Shown: positions 12,200-20,956 of the stretch, piece after piece
Position numbering within the stretch: the stretch's first letter is position 1
How the letters are laid out: the number at the start of each line of letters is the position of its first letter
Origin: Candidatus Cloacimonadales bacterium
GTDB lineage: Bacteria; Cloacimonadota; Cloacimonadia; Cloacimonadales; DAONDQ01
Direction of reading: 5' to 3'
Assembly (NCBI GenBank): GCA_963662275.1
Contig: OY759316.1
Span: forward strand, 224,001 to 288,000
Length of the DNA: 64,000 bases
Position numbers and translations under genes: made by a program
Notes under the pieces: model-generated
The model's database searches: none
What the model saw: the letters and a program-made list of their open reading frames with translations, nothing else
What the model was told of the DNA's origin: nothing

Positions 12200-12419
12200 A
12201 GGTAATCAGTTTGGGCATATGAACTCCAGAATCTCAGCTTTCATATCAAGTTCGCCCATCTGTTAGTCCTCTCTTTTTCATTAATCTCATATAATGTTTG
12301 AACTCAATAATTTCTTTATTACGCTGTTATCAAATTATATTTATTACACTTGGTTATTTCCTTTACAAAAGATAATAGCTTCTTTAATTGGCAATCGAAT
12401 TCACATAGGAGATGACAAT

Positions 12420-14801
12420 ATGACAAATTCACGTTTTCTATTGCGATTAATGCTAATTTTATTCTGTTTTTCATTACCTGTTTTTGTATTTGCTAGTGAA
12501 GCTGACCTTTTACTCCCTGATCTAAGCCAAGTCCAGTTCGTAGGAATTGATGGTCATTCGCTACTGGCTTTCGGTTTAATCATATGTGTTTTAGGTTTGT
12601 TGTTCGGATTCTTTCAATATCGGGGAATTCGTAGTCTTCCAGTCCATCGAGCGATGAGCGAAGTCTCTGAATTGATCTATAGTACGTGTAAGACTTATTT
12701 GATCACACAAGGTAAATTCTTATTGGTACTGGAAGTGCTGATTGGAATTATCATCTCCTTTTATTTTGGTTATGTGAAGCATTTCCCAGGTTCACATGTA
12801 GCGATCATTCTTGCTTCGAGTGTGATCGGGATTCTTGGCAGCTATATGGTTGCCTGGTTTGGAATACGTGTCAACACAAGAGCAAACTCACGTTCTGCTT
12901 TTGCTAGCCTGAGAGGCAAACCTTTCCCGACCTATGCCATCCCAATCAGGGCAGGTATTAGTGTTGGAATGATGTTGATCAGTGTTGAACTTTTAATTAT
13001 GCTCTGCATATTGTTATTTATCCCGGGTAATTATGCCGGTGCCTGTTTCATAGGCTTTGCTATCGGTGAATCTTTGGGTGCTTCAGTGCTTCGTATTGCT
13101 GGCGGTATTTTTACTAAGATAGCTGACATCGGTGCTGACCTGATGAAGATCGAACACGAGATCAAAGAAGATGATCCCCGCAATCCCGGTGTGATTGCTG
13201 ATTGTACCGGTGATAATGCCGGTGATTCTGTAGGTCCCACTGCTGATGGTTTTGAAACTTATGGTGTAACAGGTGTTGCACTCATCACTTTCGTACTGCT
13301 GGCAGTCCCCAATGTTCAGATGCAGGTAATCCTGCTTGTTTGGCTTTTCGTTATGCGCCTTGCTATGCTCATTGCCAGCGGATTATCCTATTATATCAAT
13401 GACTTCATTGCTCGCATCCGCTTTTCGCACGTCGATAAAATGAATTTCGAAGATCCTTTAACCTCACTGGTATGGATTACTTCTGTTTTCTCGATCTTTT
13501 TAATATTCCTGCTATCCTATATCATCCTTGCTCCTCATTATCCAACCTTATGGTGGAAACTTGCTTCTATCATAACGTGTGGAACTATAGCAGGAGCAGT
13601 GATTCCTGAAATCGTCAAAATATTCACATCCACCAAATCTGCCTTTGTGCAGAATATTCTGACTTCTTCAAAACATGGAGGAGCTTCTTTGAATATTCTC
13701 GCTGGTCTTACTTCCGGCAATTACAGTGCATATTGGATGGGAATGGTGATCATTGCATTAATGGGAACTGCATTCATATTTAGTACCTTTGGTCTTGGCG
13801 TTTTCATGATTGCCCCTGCTGTTTTTGCGTTTGGCTTGGTAGCTTTCGGGTTTTTGAGTATGGGGCCGGTTACAATTGCCGTAGATTCATATGGACCTGT
13901 TACGGATAATGCGCAATCTGTATATGAATTATCCTTGATTGAAACCATTCCTAATATTAAAAAAGAAATTGAAAAAGACTTTGGATTTACACCTGATTTT
14001 GAGAGAAGTAAGGCTTTTCTCGAAGAAAATGACGGTGCCGGCAATACTTTTAAAGCTACAGCAAAACCTGTTCTTATTGGTACTGCTGTTGTAGGTGCTA
14101 CGACTATGATCTTTTCCATCATCATGATTTTAACTAACGGTCTTACTCAAAACATGGAGAAACTATCATTAATATATCCTCCATTCCTATTGGGTTTGCT
14201 TGCTGGCGGGGCAATGATCTATTGGTTTACCGGCGCAACAATGCATGCTGTTACGAGTGGAGCCTACCGAGCCGTTGAGTTCATCAAATCTAAACTGAAA
14301 CTGGATGGACATGCTGTAGCTAGCTTGGAAGACAGCTCGAAAGTAGTGGAAATTTGCACTATTTACGCCCAAAAAGGCATGATCAATATCTTCATGGTTA
14401 TTTTTCTGACCACATTAGCATATGCTTGCCTGGAACCTTTCTTCTTTATTGGATACCTGATTTCCATCGCGATGTTCGGTCTTTACCAGGCTATCTATAT
14501 GGCGAATGCCGGTGGTGCCTGGGATAATACGAAGAAAATTGTGGAATGCGATTTAAAGGAAATGTCAACTCCTTTGCATGAAGCTTCTGTTATTGGTGAT
14601 ACCGTTGGAGATCCATTTAAAGATACTTCTTCTGTGGCTATGAACCCGGTGATCAAGTTCACAACCTTATTCGGGTTACTGGCTATGGAATTGGCTCTGA
14701 CTTTAACCCGTACGATGAACACAATTTTGGCGATTATATTCTTTAGTGGAGCACTTATTTTTATCGTACTATCCTTTACCAGTATCCGTATTCGGGATTA
14801 G
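12420..14801 (+). CDS. hppA: Membrane-integral cation-pumping pyrophosphatase (K+-independent-type signature)
   Basis: GGIFTKIADIGADL, EDDPRNPGVIADCTGDNAGD, GNTFKA, GGAWDNTKK, GDTVGDPFKD. Likely start is 12420, after AGGAG. Confidence 0.93.
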   Translation: MTNSRFLLRLMLILFCFSLPVFVFASEADLLLPDLSQVQFVGIDGHSLLAFGLIICVLGLLFGFFQYRGIRSLPVHRAMSEVSELIYSTCKTYLITQGKFLLVLEVLIGIIISFYFGYVKHFPGSHVAIILASSVIGILGSYMVAWFGIRVNTRANSRSAFASLRGKPFPTYAIPIRAGISVGMMLISVELLIMLCILLFIPGNYAGACFIGFAIGESLGASVLRIAGGIFTKIADIGADLMKIEHEIKEDDPRNPGVIADCTGDNAGDSVGPTADGFETYGVTGVALITFVLLAVPNVQMQVILLVWLFVMRLAMLIASGLSYYINDFIARIRFSHVDKMNFEDPLTSLVWITSVFSIFLIFLLSYIILAPHYPTLWWKLASIITCGTIAGAVIPEIVKIFTSTKSAFVQNILTSSKHGGASLNILAGLTSGNYSAYWMGMVIIALMGTAFIFSTFGLGVFMIAPAVFAFGLVAFGFLSMGPVTIAVDSYGPVTDNAQSVYELSLIETIPNIKKEIEKDFGFTPDFERSKAFLEENDGAGNTFKATAKPVLIGTAVVGATTMIFSIIMILTNGLTQNMEKLSLIYPPFLLGLLAGGAMIYWFTGATMHAVTSGAYRAVEFIKSKLKLDGHAVASLEDSSKVVEICTIYAQKGMINIFMVIFLTTLAYACLEPFFFIGYLISIAMFGLYQAIYMANAGGAWDNTKKIVECDLKEMSTPLHEASVIGDTVGDPFKDTSSVAMNPVIKFTTLFGLLAMELALTLTRTMNTILAIIFFSGALIFIVLSFTSIRIRD

Positions 14802-14842
14802 AACTAACAATAAGAATTGCTTATCTATTAGTGTTATATATC

Positions 14843-14876
14843 AAAATGGCAGACTGTTCGGTCTGCCATTTGATTT
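14843..14876. terminator. Bidirectional hairpin terminator between hppA and the convergent gene
   Basis: AAATGGCAGAC-tgttcg-GTCTGCCATTT. Confidence 0.75.
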
Positions 14877-14886
14877 AGGAGATCAG

Positions 14887-17457
14887 TTATTTAACCAGGA
14901 TTAGCTTCTGAATCCTATGTTTATTCCCGAGGTAAGAAGAACAGAAGTAGATACCGGAAGCTAGCTGGTGGTTGCTTTCATCTGTCCCGTTCCAATCCAG
15001 GTCATGTTTGCCGGATTCTAAAAAAGCATTGATCAAGGTCTTGACTTTCTGCCCCCTGATATTGAATATCTCCAGTTTCACTTTTTGCGGTGATTTCAGA
15101 TGAAAAGACAGCGTTGCGCTGCTTTGAAAGGGATTCGGGTATATTGATAATCCTTCCCTCGCTGCTGCTGTATTGTCTTGGTTGGCAACGGGTGTAATGA
15201 TTGACATCCTGCGAATGCTATCATAGCGATTTGCGTAACTGACGATGAGTGAGGGAGAAAATGTGCCGCCTTCTGTATAAGCATAAGTGGGATTCTGCTC
15301 TTCAGAATCAAGGACACCATCATCATTGAAATCCCACGCCCAATGATCGGCATCACCAGTACTCATATCCGTAAAATGGACGGCAAGTGGAGCTGCACCA
15401 CTGGTATCAGAGACAGCAAAACCAGCCTGAATCTGACCCTGGTATTCATAAGCACCAATATCTATCCTACTCTCTATCCCCAAACCATTCATTATTCTCG
15501 GATTGCCGAATAAGTCAAAAGGAGAGAGCGATAATCCTGTGGTATCAGTTGTTCCGGCATCTATCCCCGGGGATAGGGAAGTTATCATATAGGAGTTATC
15601 TCCCCACCCAAAGAATATCGGCTCTTCATCAATATTTCCCTCCTGCCAGTGCAGGAAATCGGAAGGATCACAAAATACACCTTCCATGCCATTCCGAATG
15701 ATATTATTGGATAGATACTCATGATGATTATTCAAACCATCAGGAGTATATAGAAATTGAACTTCCTGGGTTAAACTCGGATTCCAAAAGATATTGTTCT
15801 TCAGGACAGCATCACCCACTATTCCCAACACTGCGCTTCCTCCTGAATTATTGGCAAACGTGCAGTTACTGATTTCAATACCGTTATTGGCTGAGATTAG
15901 AGCCATAAAAGTATATGCTGTTTGAGTATTCTCTATGATATTAGAATTCGTTATTATTACTTTGAGTGTATCATCATCTGTATTACGCCCAATAGAAAAA
16001 ATAGTTGGCATTCCTTCTGCTGAACTGAAATTCCCCTTGAAAGTGCAGCCATCTATAATAATCGTTCCCTTATCACCATATTTCAAACCATTTCCATCTC
16101 CCTGAAGACTTGTATTGTTTTCGGAAATGCAATTAATCAGTTTATTCAATCCAGAACACTCACTAAAAGAAAAACCAGGATAAAAATAAGTTACTGAATT
16201 GTTGAGAATAATTGTATTTGTTATACTAAAATCCCTTCCTTTACCAATAGAGATCCCAGAACTTGAATTGCTCATGCCACCAGTTGCAATTACATTTTCA
16301 ATTATCAGACCATAACTCATATTTGATACAATACTCTGTGCTGAATTGTAACATGTCAAATTTGAAACTCTAACACTTTTGCTGTGAAATGCAGTAGACA
16401 ATAATAGATATATATTCTCTCCATCCAATATGGTGCTTTCTCGTGTTTCTCCCTTGAGATGTGTCCAGCTTTTTAAAGACACACCATATCTCTGATTATT
16501 CGCGGAAACTGAATATGTTCCTGGAGCGAGATGTACTGTTTTCGGATTCAGACTGTCTGCTGCTATATGATACATGGCATAATAAATGGAGCGCAGGGGT
16601 GTTGATTCTGATAAGCCATCATTTGCATCACTGCCATTGGGAGAAACATACAGGTCATGATTGATTTCTGTCATATAGGCATGTTCAACTTCGTAAATAA
16701 TGGAATTCTCAATATGGGGATCGGATGCGTATCCGGTAATAAAATAATTCAAGGGACTTATCACCGTGCAGGTATCTAAAATCACATGGACAGAGTTGTA
16801 TAATGAGAACTGACAATCCAAACCGTAAGAGGCGTCATTATTATAGATCGAGCATTTATTTACAGAACTGAATGTCACAGAAAATGAATTTGATAAATCA
16901 CTGTAACAAAATAACCCACCTCCACCATCTGATGCACTATTATTAAAAATTGAGGTTCCTTCAAAAATTAGATTTGACCATGTACTAGCAATCCCTCCTC
17001 CCCCATCAGCAGTATTGCCATAAATCTTACAATTAGTTACTAATAATTGGTCATTACCTGAGCTTAGGATACCTCCTCCCCACCTTGCATTACTCTCCGT
17101 ATAATAAGTGCCAATACCATTTGTTAGCGTTAGTCCCCTAATTATAGCATTCATTTCGTTGTGATTAAGAATAATGCAACTGCTTAAATGATTCCCGTCA
17201 ATGATCGTGGAATCAATATAAGCAGGATTCCCGGTTGTCAGTTCCAAACTCGCAAGGGTTAGGCTATGCCCATTGAAATTGATATTCTCGAAGTATCTTC
17301 CCGGATATACTAAGACCGTGTCACCGGTTGCAGAGGCATTGATGGCTGATTGGATAGCAGTAAACTGAGCAGAGCCATCCAGGTTTACGGTATGAGTAAG
17401 AGCGCAGAGTATTCCTGTTGAGAATGCAAGCATTATCAATAACATAGTCTTTGACAT
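14887..17457 (-). CDS. Secreted right-handed beta-helix + PKD + CTD surface protein (allele A)
   Basis: Signal peptide; TIQSAI...GDTVLVYPGRY; GGG beta-helix turns; DIGAYEY; PKD (WAWDFNDDG...NPTY); CTD YPNPF...ASGIYF. Confidence 0.85.
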   Translation of the reverse strand: MSKTMLLIMLAFSTGILCALTHTVNLDGSAQFTAIQSAINASATGDTVLVYPGRYFENINFNGHSLTLASLELTTGNPAYIDSTIIDGNHLSSCIILNHNEMNAIIRGLTLTNGIGTYYTESNARWGGGILSSGNDQLLVTNCKIYGNTADGGGGIASTWSNLIFEGTSIFNNSASDGGGGLFCYSDLSNSFSVTFSSVNKCSIYNNDASYGLDCQFSLYNSVHVILDTCTVISPLNYFITGYASDPHIENSIIYEVEHAYMTEINHDLYVSPNGSDANDGLSESTPLRSIYYAMYHIAADSLNPKTVHLAPGTYSVSANNQRYGVSLKSWTHLKGETRESTILDGENIYLLLSTAFHSKSVRVSNLTCYNSAQSIVSNMSYGLIIENVIATGGMSNSSSGISIGKGRDFSITNTIILNNSVTYFYPGFSFSECSGLNKLINCISENNTSLQGDGNGLKYGDKGTIIIDGCTFKGNFSSAEGMPTIFSIGRNTDDDTLKVIITNSNIIENTQTAYTFMALISANNGIEISNCTFANNSGGSAVLGIVGDAVLKNNIFWNPSLTQEVQFLYTPDGLNNHHEYLSNNIIRNGMEGVFCDPSDFLHWQEGNIDEEPIFFGWGDNSYMITSLSPGIDAGTTDTTGLSLSPFDLFGNPRIMNGLGIESRIDIGAYEYQGQIQAGFAVSDTSGAAPLAVHFTDMSTGDADHWAWDFNDDGVLDSEEQNPTYAYTEGGTFSPSLIVSYANRYDSIRRMSIITPVANQDNTAAAREGLSIYPNPFQSSATLSFHLKSPQKVKLEIFNIRGQKVKTLINAFLESGKHDLDWNGTDESNHQLASGIYFCSSYLGNKHRIQKLILVK

Positions 17458-17491
17458 ATCTTCTCCAAGATTCTAATTGGAACGCTATCTT

Positions 17492-17837
17492 TAGACCCCC
17501 CTCCCCCCCTTCTCAAGGGGGGATTAAGGAGCCTTATCTGAACTTAATTTTAGTCTCCCCTTTCCAATCCCCCCTTGAGAAGGGGGGTTAAGGAGCCTTA
17601 TCTGAACTTAATTTTAGTACCCTTTCTAATCCCCCCTTGAGAAGGGGGGTTAAGGAGCCTTATCTGAACTTAATTTTAGTACCCTTTCTAATCCCCCCTT
17701 GAGAAGGGGGGTTAAGGAGCCTTATCTGAACTTAATTTTAGTCTCCCCTTGAGAAGGGGGGTTAAGGAGCCTTATCTGAACTTAATTTTAGTCTCCCCTT
17801 TCTAATCCCCCCTTGAGAAGGGGGGTAGGGGGGTCTA
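17492..17837. repeat. Palindromic tandem array bounded by 35-bp inverted repeats (REP/BIME- or MITE-like), 5 units
   Basis: CCCCCCTT-GAG-AAGGGGGG hairpins separated by the constant linker GGAGCCTTATCTGAACTTAATTTTAGT. The ends are reverse complements with 1 mismatch. Confidence 0.9.
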
Positions 17838-18008
17838 TTTCTGAATCTGTGCCATATTTGGAGTTCAAATGCCCTAAACAAATTATCATTGAATACTTAA
17901 CTAAAAGGGCATTCGGACTTCAAAATCGACCTTTCATTCTCGGTAGCGAAAACCTGTTTTCTGGGAAGTTCAAATCCTCAGCTTTCATGTAAAGTCCAAA
18001 TCGCCTTT

Positions 18009-18065
18009 GTGAAATGTTATTTATTACATTTACCCGCTTTTAATGGTTATAAATAACCATTCACG
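18009..18065. repeat. REPIN-like inverted doublet
   Basis: GTGAAATGTTATTTATTACATTT ... AATGGTTATAAATAACCATTCACG; homologous in inverted orientation to 22850-22913. Confidence 0.7.
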
Positions 18066-18118
18066 AAGCAACTTGGTGATTGAAACTCCAAAATTCGAGA
18101 GTATTGCGCCCCTATAGA

Positions 18119-20872
18119 TCATTTCAGCAATACCATCTTCTTCGTCAGTTTGCATGCAGGTGTATCCAGACGATACAGGTAAATACCGGAGGCAGCTTTC
18201 CTTCCTGCATCATCTTTGCCATTCCAGGCTGTATCATGCCTGCCTGTCGTTGTGATACCATTGACAAGAGTACGTACCTTCTGACCTCTACAGTTATATA
18301 TGGATAAATTGGCATGCATGTCTTTGGCGAGTGTGAAGGAGATATGAGTATCCGGATTGAAAGGATTTGGATAGTTTGCATCTAATTCAGTCTCTAATGG
18401 AATTAAGGGAGTTCCTTCGCCAGCTTTAAAAGAGAAATAGAGATAAGAATCAATATCCCTGAGATGAATTTTCCTTTTTTCAAAGACCATTTTATTCGGA
18501 TTAAAGACTGTCCAGCTATTCTGCAACTTTGTACCACGATCTCCATAAGAGAATACGATTTCTATATCCGCTTCCGGAACCGACTTTGTGTCGTCCAGTA
18601 AATAAGCATTTATTTCAAGGGTGTCACTATCCACTTTTGCAGCCCCTTTACATACCCCATCCACCATTATTCCAACTTCTACAGGTACGTCCTGCGGATC
18701 TAACTCCACAAACACAGGCAGATAATCCAGCTTCTCCTTATAAGTGAAAATCTCAGCTTTCTCTCGTATTACAGGCGGGCGGCTTGTTGACGGAATATTC
18801 CAGTACATTTGAGCAGGTGCATTGCTGAAAGCTTTCACAGCCACCATTTCACCACAGGATAATGTGGGATGACCGACCGGAATTCCCCAGGCAGCGCCGG
18901 ATTTGGGCATGATTCTGCGGGTTGCCCAGTTCCTGGTCTTAATCTCATACAGATAATCAAGATAAGTATGGGTCAAATCCCCGGGAATATGTTTCTTAAA
19001 AGCATCCATCAGATTTTGTGTCTGCTCCGGGAACCAGCCCAGCCAATATTCTCTGACTGTATTGGGATTGCTTGGAATTGTCAATGCCAGAGGAGTGGTA
19101 TGAGCATCAGGATATAACCCGCTGATATGGAGACTATCAATATAGGGAGTACTAAATTGAACTTTAAAACCAACAGGGGCAAAAGCCCGATAATTGCCGG
19201 ATTGCCACTGGCCATTATAAAATCTAAAATCATTTGATTCAAGTCCATATTTCGACTGTGCAGAGACGAGTGTCACATTCTCCGGATCTATATAGTTACT
19301 CAGAAGCAATCCAATTTCATTCATATATCGACCGTTTTCATAAGTTCTATCATCCAATACTGGGAAGCTGCACCAGACTATGCTGCTGCTTCCATCTGGA
19401 TTTAGCTGGAAATAATCCCTTGTTTTATGCACATAAGGAGGAATATTCTGATCTGCAAAAGGATATACTCCCATATCGGGAGGAGTTCCATACTCACCAC
19501 TTAGAGGTGGATCATTATGACCAAGTGGTTTGCCTCCGTCTATACAGGGGCTTGGTCCATTGCTGTTCCAATTCAGATAATATGACTGAGTGCTATTGAC
19601 ATCGCCCAGTGTAATATTCGGGTCAGCCGCGATGTTACCATTACCTATAGTGAAATTGTTGCCATTTGCGGGTATTCCATTTTGAAAGCAGGAATATGAT
19701 ATAGGGATTGGGAGAAACAAATTAGAAGGATTCCCATTATCATCTTCAATTTTAAAATCTACAGTATTGTGTGACATGATATTGCTATGAAACGAAGAAA
19801 TAAGATTACTTCCAATTTGATCTGAATGCTGGTATATATGAATTGCTTTCTGACAATTTCGGAATAAGGAATGTGAAATATTCAGATTTAAATTATGATT
19901 AAGATCTAAATCTGTATTTCTATTAATCATAATACCATCCAGATAATCGGATATCATATTATCTTCAAATTCTATATTCATCGGCTGCTCAAAACCTGGA
20001 GATTGAAATAGAATTGCGTAAGATTGACCGTTATTACCCCAAAACTGGTTATGGATAATACTTGAACTGCAGGTATCAATCAGAGTTGTACCTTTATTAA
20101 ATATATTATTTTGGATAATAAGATTTTGGTTTATACCAATTCCTTTACACACTACCGAACCTTCTATATAATTGTCTTCAATCAGTAATGTCCCATCAAA
20201 ATGAACACCATCATTGAATTGTAAAGATTCGGCGAACCAATCAGAATTCAATCTATAGAAACGATTCCCAATAATTTGTTTGTGAACAGAATTTTGGTTA
20301 GAATATATACCTAATTGCCCGGAAGCAAGATTAAAAATATTTCCGGTTATTGCTGCGCTGCCTGGTAAATATCCAAAATCACTATTCATACATATTCCGT
20401 AGTGGCACGCATTAAATACATTTGCTATAATTGAGACAGAACCCATGTATTGCAAAAAAATGCCTGCATCCTCATTATTATGAATAAAATTTTCGAAAGT
20501 AAATCCCTGAATCGTTAAAGGGGCTGTAGTGTTACCTATAATATGAAATCCTAAAATGTTATCATTAGAACCATCAATTATGCAATGCTCATTTCCATTT
20601 TCGCTTTCGATGGTTAAAGAATAAGTGCCAAAATTTGTCATATAAATTACAACACTCTCCGAATAAATGCTATCTCTGACTATAACCAGTTGATTTTCTC
20701 TAACAGTAGAATCGAATATAACTGCCTGCCCGATTGTTTTAAAGGGATAACCAAAGGAACCATCCTGTTGATTTAAGGTAGTAGTCCCATCTACGTAAAT
20801 TGTATGCACACCGTAGAGGAAAGAAAAAGAAAGGCATAGAATTAGTAAAACTATTACATGTGATGTTTTCAT
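18119..20872 (-). CDS. Secreted beta-helix + CTD protein (allele A)
   Basis: Signal peptide, DGSFGYPFKTIGQA, Asn/Ile-rich beta-helix, SPCIDGG...DMGVY, CTD NYPNPFNP...KKMVLLK; GGAGG RBS. Confidence 0.85.
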   Translation of the reverse strand: MKTSHVIVLLILCLSFSFLYGVHTIYVDGTTTLNQQDGSFGYPFKTIGQAVIFDSTVRENQLVIVRDSIYSESVVIYMTNFGTYSLTIESENGNEHCIIDGSNDNILGFHIIGNTTAPLTIQGFTFENFIHNNEDAGIFLQYMGSVSIIANVFNACHYGICMNSDFGYLPGSAAITGNIFNLASGQLGIYSNQNSVHKQIIGNRFYRLNSDWFAESLQFNDGVHFDGTLLIEDNYIEGSVVCKGIGINQNLIIQNNIFNKGTTLIDTCSSSIIHNQFWGNNGQSYAILFQSPGFEQPMNIEFEDNMISDYLDGIMINRNTDLDLNHNLNLNISHSLFRNCQKAIHIYQHSDQIGSNLISSFHSNIMSHNTVDFKIEDDNGNPSNLFLPIPISYSCFQNGIPANGNNFTIGNGNIAADPNITLGDVNSTQSYYLNWNSNGPSPCIDGGKPLGHNDPPLSGEYGTPPDMGVYPFADQNIPPYVHKTRDYFQLNPDGSSSIVWCSFPVLDDRTYENGRYMNEIGLLLSNYIDPENVTLVSAQSKYGLESNDFRFYNGQWQSGNYRAFAPVGFKVQFSTPYIDSLHISGLYPDAHTTPLALTIPSNPNTVREYWLGWFPEQTQNLMDAFKKHIPGDLTHTYLDYLYEIKTRNWATRRIMPKSGAAWGIPVGHPTLSCGEMVAVKAFSNAPAQMYWNIPSTSRPPVIREKAEIFTYKEKLDYLPVFVELDPQDVPVEVGIMVDGVCKGAAKVDSDTLEINAYLLDDTKSVPEADIEIVFSYGDRGTKLQNSWTVFNPNKMVFEKRKIHLRDIDSYLYFSFKAGEGTPLIPLETELDANYPNPFNPDTHISFTLAKDMHANLSIYNCRGQKVRTLVNGITTTGRHDTAWNGKDDAGRKAASGIYLYRLDTPACKLTKKMVLLK

Positions 20873-20956
20873 AATGACCTCCTTAATTAATAATAGGTTA
20901 AAAGCAGATGTTTCAATGTCAAGATAAATATTTAGACGATAAGAAAAACCTTATAT

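Noticed and set aside
12294..12419. N-terminal extension of hppA in the ORF track
   Set aside because: An AGGAG RBS precedes ATG 12420, and the extension is low-complexity AT-rich sequence. Starts were similarly trimmed for dapA, PLD, the 521-aa proteins and the C25 genes.
17492..17837. CRISPR array
   Set aside because: The would-be spacers are identical to each other, the array has terminal inverted repeats, and no cas genes are present.
19109..19339. Diversity-generating retroelement VR/TR pair (with 42748-42975)
   Set aside because: Differences include C/T changes on both strands, synonymous third positions and an indel, so they are not adenine-specific. No reverse transcriptase is in the window.
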